Assembly: GCF_006345805.1 (NCBI RefSeq) | Contig: NC_043003.1 | Location: forward strand, 44,268,001 to 44,332,000 | From: Octopus sinensis | Taxonomy: Eukaryota | Length of the DNA: 64,000 nt | Direction: 5' to 3' | In this document: positions 41,101-57,680 of the stretch, in pieces | Layout: the number at the start of each line of letters is the position of its first letter | Numbering within the stretch: position 1 is the first letter of the stretch | Notes under the pieces: model-generated | What the model was told of the DNA's origin: nothing | What the model saw: only the letters and a program-made list of their open reading frames with translations | Databases searched by the model: none | Position numbers and translations under genes: made by a program

Positions 41101-42152
41101 TACAATGTTATTTATTTCTCTTTGCTACAATAGAAATACTTTCTATGCCATACAAATTTGTGACTAAGTGATCATGCAACATTTAGTAAGGTAGCAATTT
41201 TTAAATCGCCGTGTTCCGTACAGATGCTGAGAATGACTACCAGTTATTTCATTCCTTCTGTGGGCTTCTTATTTGCTGCCTGCTATTTGCAGTGAAAAAT
41301 AGAAACTTTTAATTGGTTTGGAAAGAGTAATATAGTAATAACAAAGTGTTCTCAAAACATAGCCCTCACAGATAATATATGTGCGTGAGTGTGTGTGCCG
41401 TTTGTGTAGGTGTGTGTGTGTGTGTGTGTTACACATAGGGAGAGAGAGATAGAGAGAGAGAGAGAGAAAGAAAGGGAACGTGAGAGTGAATGAGTGCGCC
41501 TGTGTGTATGTATTCATGTATGTAATCATTATCTATTACATTTTAACAGGCGTAACTCAAATATGTATCCAATTATTAAGTTCCTACTCTGTAGAGCCGT
41601 ATTAGAAGCATCTCCCATTATCCTTTTTGCGACGGGATTTCCAAGCATGAACATGTATTTATATGGATATCATCAAAAGATCTAGTCCTTATACTATATC
41701 TGAGACTCCTGTCACGGCTTCAATTATACTTCTTGTGATTCTGTTGCTACGACATAACACTCAAAAGACCGTAGAATTGGATGTAGGACTTACCAGTGCA
41801 AGGCTGTACAGGTTCAAACATAAAATACTCTCTGATATACAAACTACACTAGCTATAGACAAAATGATTACTCAGAGATCGTTCGGAGGAGTCACATTTT
41901 AGTAGGTTATATTTACGATCGTAAATGTTTGGCTATTATCAAACTTTCATAACCACAGGTGAGGATAGACACAGAAACCAAACTGAAGATGATGAGCTTA
42001 GCTTCTTTAACAACCACACTATTCAGAATTGCGAATGCTAAAGCTGGTGATTTACAATGCACTATATATATGTGTGCGTCTGTATATGTATGTGTGTATA
42101 TGTGTGAGTGTGAGTGTATATATATATATATATAATATATATATATATATAG

Positions 42153-42193
<41 letters not shown>

Positions 42194-42556
42194 TGAATAT
42201 AAACTATTCATGCACAAGCACATGCACATACAAAGACAGACAAAATTACACTACACACAAAGAAATATATATATATATATGCATATATGTACATCGGTAT
42301 ATGTATGTATATGTATGCGTGTATATTACGGTAGCTGTGTACGAGCGGAAACAATGCAATAAATAATTTATTTAAAATATTCAATTGTGATTTATCGAAA
42401 AAAATACCTATCCTAACAAATGTAATTAAATTGAATTGAAATTTTCAATCGAGTCATTTACAGAAACTGAACAAAATTCAATCACAACTATACTGATGCA
42501 AGTATATACTTATATACCGCTACGTGCATATGGGTACACACACACACAATATATAT

Positions 42557-42592
<36 letters not shown>

Positions 42593-42975
42593 CATGCATA
42601 CTTATATTTATACATGTATATTAATAAATGTTAGCGAGCTCTTCGAAGGTATATGTGTATGTATATAGTTAGAAGCCATAGAGATTGAAACAAGAACATA
42701 TTAGAAGAAAAAGTCGCAGCAGGTTTTATCTTTCAGTTCGATAATTGGTTTATCATATTAGGTAAATTAAATTTCGATGAAAAATAATTCTGGTTAATTT
42801 TCATGAGAAAAAGTGCATAAAAATAAAATTTTAACGTCCGCATATTCGTGAATTTATGCGTTTCTGAATCTAGAAGTTTGTGCATTGATCTATTCATAAA
42901 CATTGCGGTACGTATATGTTTATCAATTACATAACGTTGTACATACATACGTATGGGTATATATATACATATATA

Positions 42976-43042
<67 letters not shown>

Positions 43043-43157
43043 TACATATATGCATGTATGCATTCAGACACACATATGTATATGTAGATGCGCACATACT
43101 CACAGTCGGATAATGAATATACATATATATGTTTTTAAATGAGCATGAATCTATCTA

Positions 43158-43206
<49 letters not shown>

Positions 43207-44407
43207 GCATGTTGATATGTACATGCGTTTGTATGTGCAATTAAATATAAACAATTTTAAATGAGAATTATTAAGAAGTGCAACACTTTCAGTTTCTAAA
43301 AATCATCTTTAAATTTCTATAAAATTTGTTCCACCCAATAATAGAAGCGACGTAATTCGACGGAAACGGTTTATATATTTATTTAGTTAGTTTTATCATA
43401 TATTATCGGTATTATATTACATTTCATTATATTTAGAAAAATATCATTTGTACATATGTATATATATATATGATGATGATATATGCATTTCCTCGTTTGT
43501 GTTCTTCATGAAAATTATTTGCCATCCAACAGCAGTTTACGAATCCTGTTAGTGAATTTATTGTTCCCAAATATATTGTATTGTTCCTCAATTAATATTA
43601 AACATTGTTAGTATTTCTGGTTGATGTTTTTTAGATACCACAGTTTTAGGGTACTTAAGTCATGCGCATCTACACAGCATTTTACTGAGTTTAATAGAAA
43701 ACTGTGTGCATATCATACCATGTAGTTGGTTAAGTTCGAATCTGCGCTGCTGAAGTTTTCAAACTAATTGCGACAAAATGCGTTTGTCTTTCTTGTCCTT
43801 ATACTTATATCAATGTAGATAATTAATTTTTAAAGTGTTTCCCTTGATGATATTGTATAACATCCTTAAACTGGTTAAAATCTAGTCTTTCAACATCTAT
43901 ATCGTCGTGAAGCGACTCTTGTTTTGGTGCTCTAATTATATTATATTGAGGTTCGTTGATTTGGGGCCCAATTCAACTGATCTACACAAGCTCGAATTTA
44001 TGTGAGGCAGATTTTTATATATACAAGTACTCTATTTTTGAATATTCCTGAGCCACATTACTTCCGTTTCCAAGAGCTCTATATTCTAGTAACCAAAGTA
44101 TAAGCTGGAAATATGTGTTATATCTGTAGATTCCTCATTATTGCTGCGCTATCATTTTTCACTAATCTGGTCAGCATCAGATTTCCATTATTGTATTTAA
44201 TTTGCTTTTCTTCTGTTCAAGTTCGTCATATATTTTCTGTTATCCTTCCATTATATTATAATCTTAACAAGAAAATTCCACTAATACCCGTTGAAATAAT
44301 TATTAGTTATGTCTATATAAGAGTAACTGTTTATATTTATACTTATAGTAGACGGAAACAGAAAGAAGCATGTCCCATACATACACACACACACACACAC
44401 CACACAC

Positions 44408-44483
<76 letters not shown>

Positions 44484-44499
44484 ATATGTATATTTTCGT

Positions 44500-44690
44500 G
44501 AGTCTGTTTATCTCGTACCATTGCTTGACAACCGATATTGGTGTATTTACGTCCCGGTAACTTGGCGTTTCGGCAAAATAGACCGATAAAGTACTAGGCG
44601 TACGAAGAATACGTTATGGGGTCGATTTCCTCGACTAAATGCGGTGGTCCTGCAGGGCCGCAGTCAAATGACTGAAACAAGTAAAGGTAT
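44500..44690 (+). mobile_element. SINE family A, 3' half
   Basis: TTGCTTGACAACCGAT...GGCCGCAGTCAAATGACTGAAACAAGTAAAG. Confidence 0.85.
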
Positions 44691-44775
44691 AAAATAATAT
44701 AAAATCTTGTTAAAGGATCTACTTTGATTATGTATGTGTGTATGTATGTATACGAGTACACACACATATATATAT

Positions 44776-44856
<81 letters not shown>

Positions 44857-45409
44857 CACTTGTGTGTTTTTGTACGACTATAAATATATAAGGAGAAGCA
44901 TATGTGTATGGTTATGCGACAGAAGTTTTGAAAGGCATAGAAATATATACGTAGTAATCATGTTGTCATTTTCCCTAGTGAAACTGATTTTGCAGTTTTC
45001 TAATTGTTTTCTTCGTGCATACATTTAATAAAGCGAAATTAGTTATTGCTCTTGGAGATATCAGTAATTCATTTATTGCCATTTGTTTTCTTCTTTATGC
45101 TACTTTTGAGGTTAAAATTCTATCTTTCGGTGTTTAGGTTGATAGGTATTATGATTATAAACTTACAGGCAATATGGTCGTTTTTATTATGTGAAGTAAA
45201 CAGCTTCTGATTAAATGATTCTCTACACGCCAATGCTAGAATTGATTATTTATATTATTTATATAAGCTGACTGTTTATGCATCAAACATAATTGTAATG
45301 AGCCATCTCTGACATAATAACGTAATAACTAGCGTAAGTTCAAAACACTGGAAATATTGCTGCTGTTATTTATGATTGTAGTAGTAGTAGTAGTAGTAGT
45401 AGTAGTAAA

Positions 45410-45606
45410 TATTTTTTATGATAGTCGAAAATTTACAGTAGAGTATAGTCGATTTCATGAACCCCAGTGACCAACATATGCCTATTTCATTGACCACGAA
45501 TTGATTAAATACAAAGTAGGTTTTGGCCGAATTTCAGCTCAGAATGTAAAACTGGAAGAAATACCGGGTATCATTTTGTCTGGCGTACCTACAGAACTGC
45601 CAAGCT
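45410..45606 (-). mobile_element. SINE family B, degraded
   Basis: Reverse complement reads AGCTTGGCAG..TTCTGAGCTGAAATTCGGCC..CACTGGGGT. Its own trinucleotide tail is at 45379-45410. Confidence 0.6.
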
Positions 45607-47900
<2,294 letters not shown>

Positions 47901-47913
47901 TAATAATAATAGT

Positions 47914-47984
<71 letters not shown>

Positions 47985-47996
47985 TAATAATAATGA
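47901..47996. repeat. (TAA)n spacer between the two Dong elements
   Basis: Read directly. Confidence 0.95.
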
Positions 47997-48907
47997 TATG
48001 TGACCCGCAGCAAACAAGATGATGTTGACCAGAAGCAAACCCATCAGTGGCTACGGAGCTCAGGGCTAAAAGCAGAGAGCGAAGGTTTCATCCTGGCTGC
48101 TCAAGATCAAAGCCTATTAACCCGGAACTACCAGGCCAATGTGATGAAAAATGGAGCAGACCCAAAATGCCGATTCTGCAACGACATGATTGAAACAGTG
48201 GACCATCTAATCTCTGGATGTAAAGTCTTAGCACCAGTGGAGTATAAATTAAGACATGACAGAGTTGGCCAATATCTCCACTGGCTAGTAAGTCGGCATT
48301 ACAATATCAAAGCTGCCGACAAGTGGTATAATCACCACCCTGAGGCTGTAACTGAAGGAGAAAATGTAACCATTCTGTGGGACTTTCCAGTACATATAGA
48401 CCGAACCATCAAGGCCAATAAACCAGATATTGTTGTGAAAGACCAAAACAATAAAGTTTGCTTATTGATCGACATGAGCATCCCCTGTGATCATAATATC
48501 TCAGCGAAAGAGTTTGACAAGCTCAGAAAATATAAAGACCTACTCATTGAAATTGAGAAAATGTGGCATCTCAAGGCGGTTACAATACCAGTGATCGTAG
48601 GAGCACTAGGAATGATCAAGAAGGGAACCGAAAATTATATGAGAATGATCCCTGGCTTACCATCCCTGCAAGAAGTGCAAAAGTTTGTCTTAACTGGTAC
48701 ATCACATGTATTGAGAAGAGCATTGTCGATGTGAGAATTGTTGCTGCTCATGTATTTTAATTTAACTTTAAAAAAAAAAAAAATGAACGAACTATTGAGT
48801 TTGGTGTAATGGTCTACCAATGTATACTATGAGTTTCTTTGCCCTAGGAGTCGGGAAGACACTCGGCAAGAAATTGAAGCAAATTTGAAAGAAGAAAAAA
48901 AAAAAAA
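47997..48907 (+). mobile_element. R4/Dong-clade retrotransposon 2 (different family), 5'-truncated
   Basis: Contains an uninterrupted endonuclease ORF, a distinct 3'UTR and an A-rich tail, then (TAA)n. Confidence 0.93.
48000..48734 (+). pseudogene. Uninterrupted C-terminal fragment of the Dong/R4 ORF: CCHC knuckle and PD-(D/E)xK endonuclease
   Basis: 244 codons without a stop: CRFCNDMIETVDHLISGC, RHDRVG, KPDIVV..LIDMSIP..KEFDKLRKYKDL, IPVIVGALG. There is no true start codon because of the truncation. Confidence 0.88.
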
Positions 48908-48943
48908 TAATAATAATAATAACAACAACGACAGCAACAACAA

Positions 48944-49117
48944 CATTCCTTTTTACTATAGACACATGTCCTGAAATTTTGGGTGAGAGGACTAGTTGAG
49001 TACAACGTCCCCACTTTTCGAGCGGTATTTTATCGATTTCGAAATGATGAAAGGTGAAGGCAAGCCCGGGGGAATTTGAACTCTGAAATAAAGACGAATG
49101 AAACGTCGCTAAGCAAT
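48944..49117 (-). mobile_element. SINE family B, head-truncated
   Basis: Reverse complement reads GCTTAGCGAC..CAGAGTTCAAATTCC..CCTTTCATC..TAGTAAAAAGGAAT and runs into a (GTT)/(ATT)n tail. Confidence 0.7.
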
Positions 49118-49592
49118 ATAATACCACATCCATTATTGCTACATCCACTATTGTAAAACATTTAATAGATAGAAAATCCAAGCACAGACAAGCTGTAATA
49201 TTAGTTTTGAGGTATTGCCTTCAGCCTTTCCGAAAACACAGATATTGAATATTCGATGTTATTCCTTTTACTTTTACCTTTCTATATTATGCATTTGTCA
49301 TCAATCTGAAATACGCGATCTAGTTACTCTGTGATAAAATTTCGGATGCATTCTCATTTTTCTGAAGAATTATGAGTTCTTTGAACTAGAATCGAACGTT
49401 TGTCCCTCATATGATTTTCACGACCTTGGACACAATAGATTTAGGAGCATATTGATTAATGATAATCTCGCTAATTGCCACAAATGTGTTTATTTGATTT
49501 TCCGCAAAGTATATAACACATGTGTATGCACGTACGCGCACAAACACACACACATATATGTACATACAAACCTACTTACATGCATACATACA

Positions 49593-49852
<260 letters not shown>

Positions 49853-50250
49853 TGGAGTGGCTGTGTGGTAGGTGGTAAGATGCTTGTTTCCCAACCACAT
49901 GCTTCAGGGTTCAGTCCAACTGCATGGCAACTTCGGCAAGTGTCTTCTAATATAACCTTTGGCCGACCAAAGCCCGTGAGGAGATTTGGTAGATGGAAAC
50001 TGAAAGATTCCCATCGTATATACATATACGTACATATGTGCGTGTGCGAATTTGTGTGTCTATGTTTGTTGCCACCCCACCACCACCATTGCTTATCAAC
50101 GGATGTTAGCATTTTACGTTACGGGGACGTTCGACAAAAGACACCGATGGAATAAGTACAAGGCTTAGACAGAATAAATTCAGGGGTCGATTTGTTCGAC
50201 TAAAGCTCCAGCATGGGCGCAATCACATGATTGAAACAAATCAAAATAAA
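49853..50250 (+). mobile_element. SINE family A, full-length
   Basis: tRNA-like head with A-box TGGCTGTGTGGT and B-box GGTTCAGTCC, then core, internal TA/TG microsatellite and stem-loop tail. Confidence 0.88.
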
Positions 50251-50352
50251 AAAGTGAATAAATATATACAGATACATATATATGTGTGTGTATGTTTTAA
50301 TTTATATTTATATATATGTATACATATATATGCATGTATATATATAAATAAA

Positions 50353-50393
<41 letters not shown>

Positions 50394-50458
50394 ATATATA
50401 TATATATATAGGTATGTATACATGTATATATGCATGTATGTATATGTATTTATCTATC

Positions 50459-50493
<35 letters not shown>

Positions 50494-50558
50494 ATATATA
50501 TATATATATATAGGTATGTATACATGTATATATGCATGTCTGTATATGTATTATCTAT

Positions 50559-50685
<127 letters not shown>

Positions 50686-52711
50686 TATTGTGACTAAATT
50701 ACCAATGCACTCAGTACCTCAACAGTTTCTGTATGTTTGAAGTGTAAAATTATATTATTCTTGAAACGAACGTAAATATTGTATGTTTAGTAATTAAGTG
50801 TGATATAGAAAAAAGAAAGCTGATCTTCCTTTCAGATAATTCGATCATACAGATGTGGAGATAACTTAACATTTTAGAATAACTAACCCATTTTTTCAAT
50901 GCACGTTTGTTTATGATTCAATGATTATTGGCTCGCTCGTTTGAAGTAGCGTGTGTCTTATTGTGAGAATACCTAATCTCAAATGTAAAATCCAATGTGC
51001 TGCTTTTTAGTTCTAATATGCGCTGAATAGGCCGACTATTTGAAAGATATATCGAATTATTAAATGATTTGGTTTCATTAAACAGCATTTATTTGTCCAC
51101 CATCTTGTCTCATTCAATAAACATCGATGAGCTACGTTGTTATCATAGTGCGGACGATATCTCATATTCTTTCTATTTCTTTCATTATGCAATAATATAT
51201 ATATATATTTGGAAGGTAATATGTTATTCAAACTTATGTTTGAATGTTTCTAATTTTCTTGGCTCTATGTTCGCTTGAAATCATCAAATAAATTTGCATG
51301 TCCTTATCCTCATCATAAATATCACCATAATCATTTAAGCTCAATCAAGTTCGTCGTGGTTCATTTCCTGATTATCAGCATCAATTTATACGCCGTAGTC
51401 ACATATTTCCAGTGCGGAATCTTAGTGCCGGATTGGAAGACAGATATTAGGAGTCATATACAAGTTACTAGTTGTAACATTGCGTAACGGACTCTCAAAA
51501 TCAGAAGCAGATATAGGGAGAGAAAGTGTGGGATAAATCTTAGTTTTTTTTTTTCACTGTAACTACAAACGTGGAAGGTAAAGCGTATTTCGACAAGGAT
51601 GGAAACCAGAACGAAACGAATCGGAAAAATGAATGCCAGAAATTCTAATATTCTTACCATTCTCTCCACCAGTACCAATATAGACGAGTAGAAACAAAGT
51701 ATAGAATAACACGGGGTTGATAACAAACACAAGCACAAAGCACCCCCTACACCCATACACATACTCACACACACACACACATATTTTTTATAAGTTTAAA
51801 GGAATACATTATACTTGCAACTATTGTGTTTTCTCTCAAGTCCTTTTCACATTCCACCTAACCATAGCGGTCCTTATGTGTTACGCTAGCAAATGATGAA
51901 TTGGTAGGCACTGGTTCTCCTTATAATTATTAATACTATATATATTTGGATGAGTGAGTGAGTATGTATGTGTATGTGTGTGCGTGCGTGTGTGTGTAGA
52001 GAGAGAGTGTGTGTGTGAGAGAGAGAGAAAGAGAAAGAGAGAGAGAGAGAACACATTTAGGCTAGATGAAAATATATTTACATGCATCAAAACGTACAGA
52101 ATTAAATTTGAAATTTAATGTAATCTTTTAACTGGAAAGTTGTTTCAGGGAACGTAGAATTACATCATCATCGTAATAAACATAACCTGCAGGCAAAAAG
52201 TGTAAAATTACAAACTGTGTGTAACTGGTAACACTAGCTACATGAAGATATAATCATAATTCCCGCTCCCTCCATCACGAGTAATTGGCAAATGCAGATT
52301 GTATGGTAGTATTAGCTAAAATAAACCCTTAAAGAAAGAGAGCAATTACAACAAAATGAAGGATAAGGGAAGGCGGTAAGAGCAAAAGTGGAAAGAATAG
52401 AAGAAACAAAAGGAAAAAGAGACGACGGAGAAAATGAATTTAATATCAGCGTAGCAAAACCAAACTTCATTCTCAGTCACGTTAATGCTACGCAGTCAAT
52501 AAATCGCTTACGAATATCAAGTTACCAGACAACAAGGCGGAAAGAGATATGCATTGAGATAGTGAAGTATAGTTCGGTATAGTGGAGGAAGAAAATATGC
52601 TGAGAAAAAAGATATGAGACATGGAGAAGCAAATATAATATTTGCGTATTTGAATAAGAAAATAATGAGATTCATCTATTATTAAGATAAATTATAAGGA
52701 TTTTACTACAG

Positions 52712-52858
52712 GTATACCGTCGGCTACGACGATGAGTACTCCGGTTCATGCGATCAACGGAACAGCCTGCTCATGAAATTAAAATGCAAGTGGCTGTGCA
52801 CTCCAGAGACACGTGCACCCTTAACGTATACCAGCAAAATGAAGCGTGATACAGAGCA
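52712..52858 (+). mobile_element. SINE core resembling the conserved Nin/Deu domain
   Basis: GATCAACGGAACAGCCTGCTCATGAAATTAAAATGCAAGTGGCTGTGCACTCCAGAGACACG resembles my recollection of molluscan Nin-domain SINE cores; not verified by a search. Confidence 0.5.
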
Positions 52859-53763
52859 TAATTTAATGCACCCTCCAGGCTCCATATTTGGCATGATATC
52901 CACTCATGTTCTACCTCGGGGATAACTAATCGGATGAATCAGCATAAGGAAGAGGCTGTATATTTCCAACGGTAGTAGAAAAACCCAGTAATAGCCGGGT
53001 CTGGCCACTATATCAGATGAATTTTATTTATGCTAAAACGCCGTAAATGAATATCGGGTTATAACCCACTTTTCCATCAGGCTAGGATATACAGTTTGGG
53101 CTCACTTAATTATACTCTTTGCTATCGGGATCACCTAAGATCGTTTTCATACGATCCAATCTCTGTACTCGACGAGTGATGTATACATATGTCCCAGCTG
53201 GGTCCCAGAACCGTGTCCTGTCCTAGTTCATAGTTTGTGAGGTTACGCTATAACATGCAGAGCATTGGCTTTGTAATTTACGTTGCAACGAATTACCCGA
53301 TAGCCTCGGCTATTACGTTATCCCATCACTGAATATGACTCGCACTGTCAAACGTCTCTGGATGCGGTGAGCCGGACTTGTAGTAATACCCACATGTGAA
53401 TTGTCACCAATTACATGCACATGGCTTTTTACACATTTCTTCTGCAAATTATTTTGTATTGTGATTATTACGTGACTCTGGTCTTCCTAAGATTGCTATC
53501 GATTTAAGAAATTACATATTTTTTTAATATTTTAACTTATATTTATGTGCTCATTTTAAACATACTTATATGAAACTAAATTGTGTTTATGCCCCATACT
53601 ACTTGCATTCCTTATTCTCTCTTTCTCTCTCTCTTTCGCTCTTTCTGTATTTCTCTCTCTTTCTCTCTCTTTCTCTCCCTATACATATACATATGATCGA
53701 CAAATTATGTTGTTTATTTTCTAACCACCAAGTTGTGTACATACACACACACACACACACACA

Positions 53764-53799
<36 letters not shown>

Positions 53800-53805
<6 letters not shown>

Positions 53806-54092
53806 GAATTTACAAAAAAATAAAACCAAAGGATGAAGACAAGTGTGTAAACAATAAACAGATGTATTAGTTTAACGCTCGGGAAGTGAGAAAGTCTTTT
53901 ACGTTTCGAGCCTACGCTTTTCGGCAGAAAGGAACACAGAAATAAACATGGAGAGAAAATAGAAAAAGGTATAATAGCTTGCGATCTATCATGGTGAATG
54001 TCGGACGATTTATGGATTTTGGGGAGGAAGTAAATTGTGGTAGTGCGAAGGGTGCAGACAATGAGGTTAGAGGCGGTGGGGGAGAGACGAGA
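53800..54092 (-). mobile_element. Penelope-like fragment: RT piece fused to terminal-repeat sequence
   Basis: PTASNLIV..RTTTIYFLPKIHK is a PLE RT motif. It is followed by a hammerhead-like GCGTAGGCTCGAAACGTA and ends in (TA)n. Confidence 0.7.
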
Positions 54093-54499
54093 AGACATAA
54101 ATACAAGCATATGTTCAATTATGTGTATAAATACATAGACACGAATACGTATATACATACATATGTACACATGTTAATAACAGCTACCTACTCAGTCATT
54201 GTTTATAAGTAGGGGTTGAGATCGCAGGAATGAGTGTCGATGTTTACGTTTACCTTAGCAGCGATTAAGGTACGAGACTATCTCCCAGTTTATGTTATAT
54301 AGAGTATTATTGTTTCCAAGCAATAGATGTATGTAGTAGAGTGGTGCTTCTTATCTCATCATAATCTCATACTTTGTCAATGCGTGTATAATAATAACCA
54401 GGTATAACAGATTCGATCAGCTGCAGACGGTGTGGTTGGATATATTTCTTTAGGTAGGTGAAATAAATTGCATGTACGATGTTTAGTATTTTCTCTAAG

Positions 54500-55650
54500 A
54501 TGTATGTGATCGTAGAGTAAATGAATTTAATGCCTTCTCTTTCAGTTAGTTGCTTTGTAGATATAAAATATTTTAGTAGGAATCTAAGGAATATTTTAGC
54601 TTGAGCAGTGCTTAAATGCAGTATTACATTCAAGTTAAACGATGTTATTATCATTTTGCGATATTGGTTGTTGCATTGATTTTGCTGATTCTGCGAGGTG
54701 TACAGGATTTAGTTCGTGCAGACTACCAAGTTTCTTCCTGGAATATTTCTACTAAATACTGACACCAAACGTCCAACCGTCGTCCGTCTTTATGCACGTG
54801 GTAGGATGGGTTTTGAATGCAATAATTATCATACGTGGAAAATTGCCTTAATAATAGTATCTTTCATTTGTGAATTATGTTGGGTGAAGGTGTAACACTG
54901 TAGTTCGTTTATATTGCGTTTGATAGTAACTAAAATAATTTCACTAAGGTTCATAAATCGAATCAATAGGTGGAGTGTGTTTTTCGTTTTCTCGTCCTCC
55001 GAAATTAAACGTGCGTTTTGAGTCACCGTAGTATATATTCGGTCGGCTATATTGAAGTTCGTGCTTATATGTTTTATGAGGTTTTTGACATATATTTCGT
55101 ATTGCAAGGCGGGCATTATACAAAACGTTCAATATAATGTTGGTAAAAGGCAGTGATATGTTTTGTCTTCAATTCTTTGTGATTTTATTTTCCAAATGCA
55201 ACAGTATTGTTCTCCAATATAGACATATGTATCTTCTACTTTAGTGTTTCTTCGAAAGCATTGTTATTATTTTGGAATAAGGTGTTTCTTAAGGTGTTTC
55301 TGGTTGGTTGCAGTTGCTATTCCTCGAACTGATACAGAAGAAGTATGGGTAGTGAACAGTTGTTATTGGAATTCAAATTTCAGGCTGGATATATTTTCGT
55401 AACAGTTAGTGGTACATTAAATATTTTATGTTATGAATTTATCAGTATTTACAGTAACTGTCCCTGGTAAGGTTTCTGTGCGTGTAAGACCATGTTTATC
55501 ATGGGGAATTAAATTTTGAAATATATCATATTGGTATGGGTGTTGGTATAAGAGATAATCAAGGTGCGTCACTTGACATTATTACAATGTTGTTACGTCT
55601 TCATTTAAATGTTATAAGATAGAAATATATCTTACGTAGTGCAAACATTA
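54500..55650 (-). mobile_element. Old Penelope-like RT/GIY-YIG relic
   Basis: KHISTNFNIADRIYTTV matches the PLE thumb motif H.K.NIPFNLA.RI.TIV. QQPISQ and REGIKFI remnants lie downstream. Confidence 0.5.
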
Positions 55651-55902
55651 TCTGATAAATAATTCAATATCTTGGATAGATTAGATAAATATACCTATTA
55701 TATTAATAGCTAACCAATAAGACATTTACACCGGCTTCACTTGCTTTCAAAATAGAGATGTTCCACTGTATCGAAAGGTGATGGCGGGGTGCGTGGTCAG
55801 TGGTTTAACTCTTACATGGGTCAGCGTATGAATTACATTGTATTTAAACACACAGGCACAAGCACAGACGCACTCACACACACATATATATATATATATA
55901 TA

Positions 55903-56560
55903 TGAAATTCTCAACATTAATAGACAATCAGTTCACGCATTCACATAAATATCGTAAGATCTTCAACAGAAAAAAGTATTAAAGTTCTCTACGCAACATA
56001 GAGTTGATAATACTCAACCAAAATAAAGATAAACACGCCAGGAATACCAATAAATGTCAATGGAACTGTAGGTCTGCAAGCCGTTGTCCTCTACATTGTA
56101 ACGGCTTGGAAAAAGCAATGATATACAAAGCCAAACTCATGGAGCCCAACACAGTAAGAAAGATGAACAATGGAATGACGGGCAACTCTTTAAAGGAATG
56201 ATAGACATAACACCTGGCGTCATTGAGGGACGTAATTAAAAGATACGCGATATTCTTTTCCAATTCGATATGGACACTGCAAGAAGGAGGGGTAAAGAAC
56301 CTCCACTTAACATGAATTATCATTGCAGAAGCCAGAAAATATAGAAGACGTGGTACGAAATGTGAGCTCTGTTAAACAAAACATTGGGGATGAAACCTAC
56401 TCATCCAGCTTACAGAAGCAATATTTCACATTCCGACATTTCAAAGAGGAACCAAAACCCGCGCCGCTAACCTACAAGGATAATTTATTTCATTGAACGC
56501 GAACATTGAATATATACACGCTGATGAATTCCCTCAGCATAGAAACATAATACAATGCAT
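55903..56560 (+). mobile_element. Penelope-like 3' fragment (linker plus GIY-YIG) with hammerhead-like core
   Basis: Reads KFSTLIDNQFTHSHKYRKIFNR; CPLHCNGLEKAMIYKA..GMTGNSLKE..HLASLR..SNSIWTLQE..CELC. Homologous to 9250-10247. CTGATGA..GAAA at 56521-56545. Confidence 0.8.
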
Positions 56561-56993
56561 TGCAAAAAAATTCACCGCACAACACAGTTTTTTTTTTCTT
56601 GAAAAGTCAAACACACGGGAGAGAATCACTCATATGGTGTTATCGAAGGGTAGTGATTTATTGTTTTCTTTAGGAATCTTATTGGGGCACCCGAGATATT
56701 TCACAAAATGTGTCCTGCTTTCATTAAAAATAGAGACGAAGAGAGTTCATGCTTGTGATCGTCTTGAAAGCTATTTAAGCTATAAGAAATTTGCCTAACT
56801 TAAAACGAATGGTAGCTTTGATACACAAATAAGGAAATTTTACCTATCGAAGCACTCCTTTTTCGACATTTATATGTACATGTATATATCTATGTCTCTG
56901 TATGCATGTATCTATCACAATATCTATTTATCTATCAATTTCTCTCTGTCTCTTCCACTCTATCTATCGCTCTCTCTCTATATATATATATCT

Positions 56994-57055
<62 letters not shown>

Positions 57056-57156
57056 TATATATATATTACATATATATACAAACATAAATATGTATATGTG
57101 TTTATATATACATACAAAAATACACACACACACACACACACACACATTATATATAT

Positions 57157-57187
<31 letters not shown>

Positions 57188-57680
57188 TTCAGTTTGAGTA
57201 AAAAGTGATCAACGTTTTGAAACATGAAGTATTTGCACTGCATACTTGAAGAGTTTTGAATTTTTTAAACATTGTTCCCAATTGTCTGATACAGCAGACA
57301 TAGACTTCCCCAAAAGCATCAATAACTTATCATTGATATCTTTTCACTGTGTTACAGTCATGTGAAATGGTACTGTCAAAGTTCGATATTCGAGCAATTT
57401 TGCTATTCAACTTCAAAAAAGACGTAAATCAACTGAAATTACTCGCGATATGAAAGAAACATTGGGTGCGGAAATGACCAGTGAATGGTCTGCTCGAAAA
57501 TGCTTTCAACGATTTGCAGTGATTACCTGAGCCTTGATGATTGTGAGTGTATTGGACACCCATTTGTCATCGATGACAATGAATTAAAGACCGTCATTGA
57601 GAAAGATTCACGTAAAACCACTCAAGAGGTGGCAAAAGAACGTGAAACTTGAAGTTAGCCAGAAAACGGTTTCAAATATA
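57188..57680 (+). mobile_element. Mariner 5' fragment (HTH)
   Basis: IRAILLFNFKK..EITRDMKETLG..ARKCFQRF..SLDDCECIGHP..IDDNELKTVIEKDSRKTTQEVAKE. Confidence 0.8.

Noticed and set aside
43800-44280. Possible very old CR1 relic (a similar hint at 58565-58700)
   Set aside because: Only one or two weak motif echoes, insufficient for a call.
49853-49930. tRNA gene (also the heads at 35401 and 35631)
   Set aside because: A/B boxes are present, but there is no complete cloverleaf and each continues into a SINE body.
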